Source of the DNA: Ktedonobacterales bacterium
GTDB lineage: Bacteria > Chloroflexota > Ktedonobacteria > Ktedonobacterales > JADMIN01
Length of the DNA stretch: 32,000 nucleotides
Direction of reading: 5' to 3'
Assembly: GCA_030167145.1 (NCBI GenBank)
Contig: CP126532.1
Coordinates: 4,320,001 to 4,352,000, forward strand
In this document: positions 6,294-14,831 of the stretch, one piece after another
Numbering within the stretch: the first letter of the stretch is position 1
Layout of the letters: every line of letters starts with the position of its first letter
Program-made: the position numbers and the translations under genes
The notes under the pieces: model-generated
What the model saw: only the letters and a program-made list of their open reading frames with translations
Databases searched by the model: none
What the model was told of the DNA's origin: nothing

Positions 6294-8399
6294 CTAGGCG
6301 GATGCCAGATGCAGCGCCATCTCACGCGCGGCGGCGGGATCGGTGCGCTGAGTGACATCAACTCGCCCCCTCCCAAAGGCGTCTATGCGACCCCAGCGAC
6401 CAGGAATATCGAGCAACTCTAGCCGTCCTATGCTGTCGGGTATGGCGGGATCTACGAAGAGTCGTGGCCCCGTTGGCTCCAGGCCAAGCAGTGTGCGCAT
6501 CATGAGCAAAGGTGCGCCGGTGGCCCATGCCTGCGGGCTGCACGCGGTGGGATATTCCACGGGGAACTGGGTGCGTTGGCGCGGATAGCCCGCAAATGCT
6601 TCGGGCAGGCGGTCACGGAAGTAGGGGGCGGCATCGAGAATCCCTTGCGCGATGCGTGCGGCTTCTGCGCGGTAGCCATAGCGCACCAGCCCCCAGGAGA
6701 TGAAGGCGTTGTCGTGTGGCCAGACGGTGCCGACGTGGTAGCCAATGGGGTTGTAGCCGCCCTCGGTGGTGGCCATGGTACGCACGCCCCAACCAGAGAA
6801 CAGTTCGTCGCTCATGAGATGACGCACGCAGGCGGCGGCTTTGTCTTCTTCGGCGATGCCGCTCCAGAGCAGATGCCCGATGTTGGATGTCAGGGCGTCT
6901 ACTTTGCGTCCGTCGCCGTCAATGGCAAGGGCGAAGAACTCGCGGTCGGGGATCCAGTAGTCTTGATTGAAGCGGCGTTTTAGCTCGGCGGCCTGCCGCT
7001 CCAGGTCGGTGGCGAATTTCTCGTCGTTCCAGAACTCGCGGGCAAGGCGGGCAGAGCGCATCTTGGCGTCGTAGACGTAGCCCTGTATTTCGCAGGTGGC
7101 GCGGGGGAGCTTGGAGTTGGTGCCATCGGCGAAGAGAATCGAGTTCCAGGAGTCTTTCCAGCACTGGTTCTCCAGGCCGGTCTCGGTGTTGCGGCGGCTA
7201 TATTCCACGTAGCCATCGCCATTGCGGTCGCCGTAGGCATCAATCCAGTTGAGGGCGGCGCGGGCCTCTGGCTGTAGCTCGCGCACCAGCGCATCATTGC
7301 CGCTCCAGCGCTCGTACTCATCGAGGAGGATGAGGAAGAGGGCGGTGGCATCGGCGGAGCCGTAGTAGGGGGAGTGGGGACGCTCCTGGAAAGCGGTTAG
7401 CTCGCCGTAGCGCAACTCATGCATGATCTTGCCCGGCTCTTCGTCGCGGAAGTCGTCTACGCGCGTACCCTGCCAGGCTGCCAGGGCTTTGATGGTGGTC
7501 TCGGCCAGTTCCTGGGTGACGGGCAGCGACTGGAAACTGGTGAGGATGCTGTCACGCCCGAAGATGCTCATGAACCAGGGGAGTCCGGCGGCGGGAAGCG
7601 ACCCACCTGGGACGATGCCAGGGGTGAAGCGCAGTGCCGCGAGGTCAACCAGGCTCTTTTTGTAAATGCGCTCTGCCGGATCCCAGTCGCAGGTAAGACG
7701 CGGCGCGGCGGCAAGCCATTCGTCCAGGTTCTTGCCCATATCGAGCGCTGCGCGATCTTGTCCACTGCGATAATTGGCTATTGAGAAGACTTTGGTACCT
7801 ATGGCGCGCCCTATCCGCACATCTATGCCTGTGGTCCATTCGCTGTGCCCGGCGATGTGTACGTGGAAGCTCAGGCCGTCCTTGGTCAGATTGACCTCAG
7901 GGGCAGTGGCGGTAATCCACGTTTCACGGACAAAGTGGTCGCGGCGATAGCCGAGTATCAGTTGTCCGCCCTCGACTTTGCTGTAGAGTTCGCCCTTCTT
8001 GGCGAGCGCGTCCTTGACCTCGAACAAGTCGGCGAAATCGGCAGCAGCTTCGATGGTGATGTCGAGGTCAACGGGGTCTGCTTTGTGATTGAGGACGGTG
8101 AGATCTTCGTGGAAGCCGTTGCCGACGGCGCGTATGCGCGTGATGGAGAGGTCGGCGTCCACATAGACGGTTCCGGTTCCTGGAACGAGGAAGAACTGCG
8201 CCGAATAGTACTGCAAATCATCGGTGGACAGCACGTTCGGCGACTGGCCATTGACCTTCAGAATCCACTGCGAAAGGTAGCGCGTGTCAAAGGCAAAAAG
8301 CCCTTTGGTTTCGGTGGGTGAGGCGTCAATATCTCCGCGCAGATCACTGACGACGAACATGTTCCCTTCGAGAATGCTGACGGTCTTGGTCGCGGGCAT
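6294..8399 (-). CDS. Glycogen debranching enzyme family protein (N-terminal GDE domain + amylo-alpha-1,6-glucosidase domain)
   Basis: 701-aa ORF. N-terminus: SILEGNMFVVSDLRGDI...GLFAFDTRYLSQW. Central/C-terminal (alpha/alpha)6-type region: PWFMSIFGRDS, GKIMHELRYGE, YYGSADATALF, GYHVGTVWPHDN. RBS AGGAGG before ATG 8399. Confidence 0.9.
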   Translation of the reverse strand: MPATKTVSILEGNMFVVSDLRGDIDASPTETKGLFAFDTRYLSQWILKVNGQSPNVLSTDDLQYYSAQFFLVPGTGTVYVDADLSITRIRAVGNGFHEDLTVLNHKADPVDLDITIEAAADFADLFEVKDALAKKGELYSKVEGGQLILGYRRDHFVRETWITATAPEVNLTKDGLSFHVHIAGHSEWTTGIDVRIGRAIGTKVFSIANYRSGQDRAALDMGKNLDEWLAAAPRLTCDWDPAERIYKKSLVDLAALRFTPGIVPGGSLPAAGLPWFMSIFGRDSILTSFQSLPVTQELAETTIKALAAWQGTRVDDFRDEEPGKIMHELRYGELTAFQERPHSPYYGSADATALFLILLDEYERWSGNDALVRELQPEARAALNWIDAYGDRNGDGYVEYSRRNTETGLENQCWKDSWNSILFADGTNSKLPRATCEIQGYVYDAKMRSARLAREFWNDEKFATDLERQAAELKRRFNQDYWIPDREFFALAIDGDGRKVDALTSNIGHLLWSGIAEEDKAAACVRHLMSDELFSGWGVRTMATTEGGYNPIGYHVGTVWPHDNAFISWGLVRYGYRAEAARIAQGILDAAPYFRDRLPEAFAGYPRQRTQFPVEYPTACSPQAWATGAPLLMMRTLLGLEPTGPRLFVDPAIPDSIGRLELLDIPGRWGRIDAFGRGRVDVTQRTDPAAAREMALHLASA

Positions 8400-8464
8400 C
8401 GTTTCCTCCTATCGTACTCTTGTACTCTGCTGCGATGCGGTTCTGGTTGGGTGCAGTGCTGGCG

Positions 8465-8788
8465 CTAATGCACGAGCCGTTGAAAACTCTGGGCGAGGCC
8501 GAGATTGCCCTCCACCTCTACTTGCCCTTGCAGAAATGCGGCGACGACGTTTTCGTGCCCATGTACGAGACGATCAAACTCTTCCTGGCTGCATTTGATG
8601 ATGCAGTCGGCGTTGGAGGTATCCTCTGACACTTTCAATGCGCCGTGATCTACGGCGACACGCCAAATTTGCCAGTTGCCATCTCCGCGATCAATGTCTA
8701 CGCGGTAGCTGCCACTGACACGATGGAGCAGTGGCTCGTATCCGCGTGTGGAGAGGCTCTCGAAGAAGGCACGTGTATCCTCGGCCAT
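8465..8788 (-). CDS. SCP2 sterol-binding-domain protein
   Basis: 107-aa ORF. The C-terminal half ADCIIKCSQEEFDRLVHGHENVVAAFLQGQVEVEGNLGLAQSFQRL fits the SCP2 pattern. RBS AAAGGAAG before ATG 8788. Confidence 0.8.
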   Translation of the reverse strand: MAEDTRAFFESLSTRGYEPLLHRVSGSYRVDIDRGDGNWQIWRVAVDHGALKVSEDTSNADCIIKCSQEEFDRLVHGHENVVAAFLQGQVEVEGNLGLAQSFQRLVH

Positions 8789-9129
8789 GGGTGCTTCCTT
8801 TCGGCTCTACGCCAGTCTCACAGTGGTCAGTACGATCAGCCTGCCTGGCGAGGGTTATGCCCCAGCTTGCCAGGATTGGCTTCCCTACGGCGGCGTCCTG
8901 ATCCATGTCGTCGGGCGGGCATTGTATGTGGCTTCCACGGGGGCGATATGTGCAAGGACTATGCCGCCACGATAGCTGGGGCTTCACGCTTACTGGCCCA
9001 ATTCGTGCGATTTCGTGGGATAGCAATGGATCCGATGTGACATGGATTGTGCCGTCGCATGCGCGCACCACCGTTCTGTCATGGTGATGGATGCCGAGCA
9101 GCACAGCGATGGCACGGGAGGTGAGCACG

Positions 9130-10026
9130 ATGGCGAATCCCAGTGAAGCGCGTGGCGAGGCCAACGAGAGAAGGATGACGCGGCAAGAAGAGCTGCAGAG
9201 GGCGGCTGAATTGGAATTGACGCCCTGGGCCAGGGATTTTGATGATCCTGGACGCGAGTGGCGGCGGCTGATCGCGGAGGTGTTCGGGACGTTCTTTCTG
9301 GTGCTGGTGGGGGCGGGCGCGGGGGTGGTAAATGCCTTCGCGCAGGGGGCTATCGGACGGTTAGCCGAGGTGATCGCGCCGGGGCTAATGGTGCTGGCAA
9401 TCATTCTGTTTATGGGCGCGGTTTCGGGTGCGCATCTCAATCCAGCGGTGAGCATCGCTTTTGCGGCGCGAGGCGATTTTCCGTGGATTCGAGTGCCGGG
9501 GTATATCATCGCGCAGTTGGTTGGGGCGACGCTGGCCTGTTTGTTGCTCTGGGGGATGTTCGGCAAAATTGGGATGCTGGGCGCGACGGAGCCAGGGGCG
9601 GGCGTGACGGACTGGCAGGCGCTCCTAATGGAGTTCATCCTGACGCTGGGGCTGGTCGGCACGATTCTGGGAACGGCGTCGAAGTCGCAGAACGTGGGCA
9701 CCTTCTCGGCGCTGGCGGTGGGCGCGTATATCGTGCTGGCGGGGCTGTGGTCAAGCCCAATCAGCGGCGCTTCGATGAATCCGGCGCGGTCGTTCGGGCC
9801 AGATTTGGTCCTCGGCGACTTTTCGCATTATTGGGTCTACATTGTAGGGCCGATCCTGGGCGGGCTGGTGGCGGTGGCCATGGCGTATGTGCTGCGGGGG
9901 CGGGGCGGCGATGTGAGCGCGCGGCGCGCGGCGCAAGGGGAGATTGAGTCGCTGCGACGCGAGATGCATGAGGGCACACCACGCGCGACAGCCGAGCCAC
10001 CAGCGGACGCTGGGGCGACGGCATAG
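9130..10026 (+). CDS. MIP-family channel (aquaporin/glycerol-facilitator type)
   Basis: Both NPA boxes are present (HLNPAVSIAF and SMNPARSFGP) with six hydrophobic segments. I prefer ATG 9130 (GGAGG at 9117-9121, 8-nt spacing) over the ORF-track start 9091. Confidence 0.95.
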   Translation: MANPSEARGEANERRMTRQEELQRAAELELTPWARDFDDPGREWRRLIAEVFGTFFLVLVGAGAGVVNAFAQGAIGRLAEVIAPGLMVLAIILFMGAVSGAHLNPAVSIAFAARGDFPWIRVPGYIIAQLVGATLACLLLWGMFGKIGMLGATEPGAGVTDWQALLMEFILTLGLVGTILGTASKSQNVGTFSALAVGAYIVLAGLWSSPISGASMNPARSFGPDLVLGDFSHYWVYIVGPILGGLVAVAMAYVLRGRGGDVSARRAAQGEIESLRREMHEGTPRATAEPPADAGATA

Positions 10027-10047
10027 CACAACACAATCTACGAGGGA

Positions 10048-10089
10048 GCCGTGTCGCCGTAGCAGAGGATGCAGGGCGACGCGGCTTTT
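10048..10089 (+). terminator. Probable intrinsic terminator after the aquaporin gene
   Basis: The stem is GCCG-t-GTCGCC (10048-10058) paired with GGCGAC-g-CGGC (10075-10085). The internal t/g forms a G-U wobble. The loop is 16 nt and the stem is followed by TTTT (10086-10089). It lies 22 nt after the stop. Confidence 0.5.
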
Positions 10090-10151
10090 CATGTGGTGGG
10101 CACGACGCGCGTGATAGGGATCTGGTGTGCGCATGCACGGATGTTGGCGGA

Positions 10152-11642
10152 TTAGCTGACGCCTTCGGTGGCGGCGACGATGCGTCCCGATTTGATGGCG
10201 GCCAGCATCGTCCGGTAGTCGCGCTCAGTCTGGTTGGCATAGGCTTCGGCGAAGATGGCGATGGCGAGGTCGAAGGTGTTGCTGTTGCCCAGGTAGGCGG
10301 CAATTTGCACTTCATCGCCAGAGCGCGCATGCGCGCGGGCCAAGGCCCAGCCGCAGGCATCGGCGTAGACATTCATCTCACTGGGGGTGAGTGCTTCGAC
10401 TTCCGCTGCGCCTTTCATGTCGCGCAGTTGCCGCAGGTAAAATTCGCGTCCTGATACTGGTCCGGTGATCCAGCCCAGGAAGATGTCGGAGTTGGCCTGC
10501 ATGAGTTCCTGGCCCCAAACGACGCGCTCGCCCTGGTGCTCGAATGCGCAGCGGGGTAGGTAGGGTTGCAGGACCGAATCCCCGGCCTGTTTGATCTGGA
10601 TCAGGAGCGGATCGTCGGCGTCGCGCCCAATCAAGAGCACGATGTAGCACCAGGTGCCGACGCTGCCAACGCCGACGACTTTGAGCGCTATGTCAACCAC
10701 GTGGTAGCGCTCGAACACATTGCGCTGTGCGCCGCGTAGGGTCTGGGCATACGAATTGTAGATCGCATCTATCTGAAATCCCAATTGCTCTTCGGTGACA
10801 CGCATCACGAATGGTGGGTCATTGGCGATGATGCGCTGACCATTCACCATCTCGGTCAGTTTGGCGAAGGCCTGGAGGTGATCACGCCGCCGCGCCTTGC
10901 CCAGCATCTTCTGGATGCTCTTCTGGATACGCTTCTTGGCAAAGAGTTCACGCAGGTCGTCGGCAGTGACACGAGCATACCAAATGTCTATGTCGCGCAT
11001 GAGGGCATACTCGGCCATGTGGATGCGGTAGGAACGGACGGCGGTGAGGACGGCGTCGCGGCAGGCAACTTCAGAAAACCCGTTATTGCGGCCCGCGACA
11101 TGGAAACTGGCGGCGAGGCGTTTTACATCCCATTCCCAGGGGCCAGGGATGGTTTCGTCGAAGTCGTTGATGTCGAAGAGCAGATCGCGTTCGGGGGAAG
11201 CATAGAGGCCGAAATTCGAGAGGTGGCAATCACCACAGAGTTGCGCGGTGAGGCCAGAGATGGGGGTGTGGGAGAGGTCATCGGCCATCATAATATCCGA
11301 CCCCCGGAAGAACGCGAACGGGGAGACACGCATGCGGGCGTGGCGAATGGGGATGAGATGAGGCTGGCGCACGGTGGCCTGCGCTTCGAGCAAGGAGATG
11401 GGATCGGGACGGTCTGACGACTCGGCCCAGAAGGCATGGCTGATGAGCGGCACTTGCTCACGTAATGCGCGCGCACGCGCCTGGCGCTCCGCCATGGTTG
11501 GGCGCGGCGCGGGGGTATGGCCATTGTGCCGCGCTGGCACGGTGTGGAGTCCGGTGATGAGGGATGAAGTGGTCATGGCGGCCGGAGGGATATCAGGCTT
11601 GGGGCCCGGCGCGGTTGGCTTGGCAGATGACTTGGTGGCCAT
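10152..11642 (-). CDS. DUF2252 domain-containing protein
   Basis: Characteristic DUF2252 stretch: FFRGSDIMMADDLSHTPISGLTAQLCGDCHLSNFGLYASPERDLLFDINDFDETIPGPWEWDVKRLAASF. The start is uncertain: ATG 11642 (MATKSS...) is preferred, and the ORF also extends to GTG 11741. Confidence 0.85.
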   Translation of the reverse strand: MATKSSAKPTAPGPKPDIPPAAMTTSSLITGLHTVPARHNGHTPAPRPTMAERQARARALREQVPLISHAFWAESSDRPDPISLLEAQATVRQPHLIPIRHARMRVSPFAFFRGSDIMMADDLSHTPISGLTAQLCGDCHLSNFGLYASPERDLLFDINDFDETIPGPWEWDVKRLAASFHVAGRNNGFSEVACRDAVLTAVRSYRIHMAEYALMRDIDIWYARVTADDLRELFAKKRIQKSIQKMLGKARRRDHLQAFAKLTEMVNGQRIIANDPPFVMRVTEEQLGFQIDAIYNSYAQTLRGAQRNVFERYHVVDIALKVVGVGSVGTWCYIVLLIGRDADDPLLIQIKQAGDSVLQPYLPRCAFEHQGERVVWGQELMQANSDIFLGWITGPVSGREFYLRQLRDMKGAAEVEALTPSEMNVYADACGWALARAHARSGDEVQIAAYLGNSNTFDLAIAIFAEAYANQTERDYRTMLAAIKSGRIVAATEGVS

Positions 11643-11794
11643 AGATGTTCTCGCTTCTTCAAAGATAATCGGGCGTGACGGGCGCATGTATGATCGGTGG
11701 GGAGCGCGGTCAACGCGCTGGACACGTGTGCCTTCGTCCACATGGGCTAGGTATGCACATTCTAGGCCAGCGAGAGCGGGGGATTAAGACGCGG

Positions 11795-11836
11795 GACGAT
11801 GGGCGGCAGACGATGGGCGGCAGACGATGGGCGGCA
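11795..11836. repeat. Perfect tandem repeat, 3 x 14 bp (GACGATGGGCGGCA)
   Basis: Read directly: three contiguous identical copies at 11795-11808, 11809-11822 and 11823-11836. They lie in the intergenic space between the ClC gene stop (11876) and the DUF2252 gene start. Confidence 0.95.
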
Positions 11837-11875
11837 GGCGTCCACCGACGCCCCTACAGTGCTTCTACGCACGGC

Positions 11876-13219
11876 CTATGGCCGCGAAGCCTGGGGGTGG
11901 GGCATGGAGCGTTGGGCGGCACGTCGGGCGACACGTTGGGCCTGGAGCCGCTTGACGGCATTGCCGATGAGCAGCGCGACGACGCTGGAGAGGACCAGGA
12001 GCGCGATGGTGTAGGGGTCGGCGGTCCCGATGATCGCGACCAGGAGGATGGAGGTCAACGGTGCGCTCAGCATCAGGGAAATCGCGCCGGCTTCGATGCA
12101 GAGCACGAAGATGGAGACGGGCACGCCTGGAAAGATGAGGCTGAGGGCCATGCCGAACATCGTGCAGCCAAACAAGAGTGGGAATGTTGGGCCGCCCAAG
12201 TAGCCGCTCTTGAAGGAGAAGGCGAGGAGCAGCAGCTTGAGGATGCCCAGGAGGAGGAGCGCGATGACGCCGTATTTGGCGGGATTATCAATCATGGGGA
12301 AGATCTGGGTCTCGCCAGCGAAGCCCACTTCGGGGACAAAATAGACGATGATGCCAATGACCAGTCCGGCGACGAGGATACGCAGCATAACCCGCCCATT
12401 GAAGGCGCGTTCCACCGCCCTGCCGATGACCTGGAACGCGGCGGCGGTGAAGAGCGCGAGCGCCGCGCCCAGGACGCCGAGCAGAATCGCATAGATGACG
12501 TAGGGCACGGTAATGGAACTGATCGGCTTGAAAGGGATGTATTTGGCGAAGACATGCAGCCCCAGGAGGGTATAGATGAGATAGCCGACGACCCCAGCGA
12601 GCAGATTCCACACCAAGAAGATGAGGCCCATGCTGCCGCCGACCTGGAACTCGGTGGCGAGCACGCCAGTGAACAGTGGACTGCCGATGATGCCGTTGTA
12701 GGCGGAGGCGGAGGCGGCCACGTCGAAGCCGAGCGCGGTGCGCCGGGGAATGTTGAGCCTGGCGCGCGCCCAGGCGGCGATTTTCTGGACGAGGATGCCA
12801 AGGGGGCCTTCGGGTCCGACGCTGGCGCCGGAGAGGAGCGAGGCATAGGAGGAGACGAGCGCGCCAGGGAAGGTGTCATAGGCGTTGGAGACGGCGCCAG
12901 TTTTCATGGATTCCATGCCGCCGCCATGAATGACTGTGGGCGCACGCAGAAACTTCTGGGCAAGGCCAACGATGAGGGAGAAGAGCAATGCGCCCACCAG
13001 AACCGTCCAGCGATGACTTGTCACGAAGCTACTGGACCAGATACCTTTGTTCAGCAACTCGTATAGGCCCAGCCAGATGGCGGTAAAGGCTATGGCAACC
13101 ACAGCGATGAGGATGATCTGCCAGATTTTGGGCGTGGTTGGGGAGGTTGTGCCGTCCGTGCTGGCGGCATCGGGCGCTGGCGTTGCTGGATTTGCCGTGG
13201 TTTCTGGCGTATCTGCCAT
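11876..13219 (-). CDS. ClC-family voltage-gated chloride channel / Cl-/H+ antiporter protein
   Basis: 447-aa polytopic ORF with ClC signature motifs GASVGPEGP (GxEGP, gating Glu present) and GYLGGPTFP (GxFxP type). The first motif is atypical (GGGMES). ATG 13219 lies 10 nt after the stop of the upstream K+ channel gene, and the GAGG RBS overlaps that stop. Confidence 0.9.
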   Translation of the reverse strand: MADTPETTANPATPAPDAASTDGTTSPTTPKIWQIILIAVVAIAFTAIWLGLYELLNKGIWSSSFVTSHRWTVLVGALLFSLIVGLAQKFLRAPTVIHGGGMESMKTGAVSNAYDTFPGALVSSYASLLSGASVGPEGPLGILVQKIAAWARARLNIPRRTALGFDVAASASAYNGIIGSPLFTGVLATEFQVGGSMGLIFLVWNLLAGVVGYLIYTLLGLHVFAKYIPFKPISSITVPYVIYAILLGVLGAALALFTAAAFQVIGRAVERAFNGRVMLRILVAGLVIGIIVYFVPEVGFAGETQIFPMIDNPAKYGVIALLLLGILKLLLLAFSFKSGYLGGPTFPLLFGCTMFGMALSLIFPGVPVSIFVLCIEAGAISLMLSAPLTSILLVAIIGTADPYTIALLVLSSVVALLIGNAVKRLQAQRVARRAAQRSMPHPQASRP

Positions 13220-13229
13220 ACGTGTGGCC

Positions 13230-13955
13230 TCAGTTCGTAGGTGGTTGCTGTTCGCTATCAGGACGCTCGCGCCGGTGTCGCGGGGGCATTTCTTGTCCCC
13301 AGAGCGAGACCAGGCGGGCGACTACCAGGACGAGGTAGATCTGGCCAGAGAGCGCCTCGACCATTGCCAGGGATTGGCCCAGTGGGGCGGCGGGCACCAG
13401 ATTGCCGTAGCCGACAGTGGTGAGGGTGGTGAAGCTGAAGAACAGGTAGTCGCTGACATTCGCGGTGCTCTGCCCGATGAAGAAGCCGCCAGGCGTGAAG
13501 GCGCCGACGCTGCTGAAGAGCAGTGCGAAGCCGACGCCAACGAGCAGGTAGATGCAACTTGCTCCCAGCACACTCTGCGCCGACACCACTTTGTGATTGG
13601 CGACATCGCGGAGAATCGCGAAGGTGGCCAACAGAACGATGCAGACGCCCAGCGCATTCACGACGCCCTCGGAACGCGAGGTCTGTTGCACGAAGGCGAA
13701 CCCTACAAGCGCAGCCAGCACACATACCGCGCTGCCCAGCAGCGCAAAGTTGAACCAAATCCTTCGCGCGTGGGTGATGAGAATAGTAAGCAGCAGCGTG
13801 GCGCCAAGAAGCAACTGGACCAGAATGCGTCCCGCGGGATGATCGCCGACGACGGACATGGCGATGTAGTCGGCGAGGATGAGCAGGAGGAGTAGCCCGT
13901 ACTGCTGTGAGAAGGTGCGACTCAAGCTCGTGTACACGCTACACCTCCGGCTCAT
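13230..13955 (-). CDS. Potassium channel family protein (ion transport 2 / pore-loop TVGYG)
   Basis: 241-aa ORF with the K+ selectivity filter TTLTTVGYGNLVP between two C-terminal TM helices, plus further N-terminal TM helices lacking an obvious Arg-rich voltage sensor. Confidence 0.9.
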   Translation of the reverse strand: MSRRCSVYTSLSRTFSQQYGLLLLLILADYIAMSVVGDHPAGRILVQLLLGATLLLTILITHARRIWFNFALLGSAVCVLAALVGFAFVQQTSRSEGVVNALGVCIVLLATFAILRDVANHKVVSAQSVLGASCIYLLVGVGFALLFSSVGAFTPGGFFIGQSTANVSDYLFFSFTTLTTVGYGNLVPAAPLGQSLAMVEALSGQIYLVLVVARLVSLWGQEMPPRHRRERPDSEQQPPTN

Positions 13956-14104
13956 ATGGCCACGCGCCGCCCATCGGAGCGCCAGAGGAGAGGGCGCGAC
14001 GCGTTCGCAACGTCCGATGTGGCCCAGGCCGAAGCGCGCATGCTAGGCGAGCGGGAAACCACATCGCACCGGCACGCGCGCAGGGGTTCACGATGGGTAT
14101 GGCA

Positions 14105-14527
14105 TCACATCATGCGTTCGGCGGATGAACGGAAGAACGTGCCGCTGGACGCCAGGCCGTAAATGATGAGGAAATCCGCGACGAGCATGATGACCCCAAG
14201 GAGCGGCTGTGGCGCATAGGGGATATAGAGGAACCAGCGTATGGCATTCACCGACGCGATGACAATGCCCAGGATGCGACCGACTTCGCCGCCGCGGAGC
14301 AGATCGTAGCCTGCGTAGAGCGCGATGGCAGCGAGGACGATGTCAATGAGACCCCAGACCCAGAGCTGGCCACCGAACCAGCCGTAGGTGTTGCCTAATA
14401 TCAAGGTGCCGTTGATGAACTCGATGATCGCGATGACGGCTTGGAATCCGCCGAGGATGAACATCATGATCGCGGCGAACGTGACGAGACCAGGGCGAGA
14501 AACTTGAGACGGAGATACCTGAGCCAT
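14105..14527 (-). CDS. Small integral membrane protein (4 predicted TM helices), unknown function
   Basis: 140-aa ORF. RBS GAAGGAG lies 7 nt before ATG 14527. It has four long hydrophobic segments (e.g. LVTFAAIMMFILGGFQAVIAII, LWVWGLIDIVLAAIALYAGY). No family assigned. Confidence 0.75.
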   Translation of the reverse strand: MAQVSPSQVSRPGLVTFAAIMMFILGGFQAVIAIIEFINGTLILGNTYGWFGGQLWVWGLIDIVLAAIALYAGYDLLRGGEVGRILGIVIASVNAIRWFLYIPYAPQPLLGVIMLVADFLIIYGLASSGTFFRSSAERMM

Positions 14528-14831
14528 GAGACTGCTCCTTCACTCGCTCGCGATTGCTGACGCAGAGCGATTTGCTGGCACGTACACCTGGGGCGATGAC
14601 GCTACATGGTCGTGTTTCCTACGAAGACGCTGACATGCGAATCTGGCGCAATCGCTGGTGACACTGAGCGTTGCTGTGCCGCAGGAGCAGGGAAACGCTT
14701 CCGCTCGCCGCAGCCAGTGCTGCTGGTGGTGACGAGCGGAACGTATATGCATGATATGTGCCAGTATGGCTGCGGAGGGGTGGCGCCGTGGCGTGCTGGC
14801 GTCGCTGGCTGGGTCGCGCTGATGGATGCGG

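Noticed and set aside
8905-9087. 60-aa plus-strand ORF in the SCP2/aquaporin divergent intergenic region
   Set aside because: No RBS and an odd composition (Trp/Cys/Arg-rich). It more likely lies in the promoter/leader region of the aquaporin gene.
8691-9701. 336-aa minus-strand ORF overlapping the aquaporin gene and the SCP2/aquaporin intergenic region
   Set aside because: The opposite strand encodes a MIP channel with both NPA boxes. This product is Ser/Pro/Ala/Arg-rich without motifs.
11795-11836. Possible CRISPR array
   Set aside because: The three 14-bp repeats are contiguous with no spacers and are far shorter than CRISPR repeats. No cas genes are present. I annotated it as a simple tandem repeat.
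11675-13066. 463-aa plus-strand ORF antisense to the ClC channel and DUF2252 start region
   Set aside because: The product is low-complexity and Asp/Glu/Gly-rich. It overlaps a polytopic ClC gene that has clear signature motifs on the other strand, so it is a shadow ORF.
13956-14104. Fluoride or other riboswitch upstream of the K+ channel/ClC operon
   Set aside because: I read the minus strand for the crcB-motif core and found no match. There is only an 8-bp CGATGTGG/CCACATCG long-range pairing, which is not diagnostic.
14748-14763. Sigma-54 -24/-12-like element TGGCAC-N5-ATGCA on the minus strand
   Set aside because: It is a single match with one mismatch in the -12 TTGC element, about 220 nt from the nearest start codon. 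No enhancer-binding protein gene is in the window, and the presence of rpoN in this organism is unknown.
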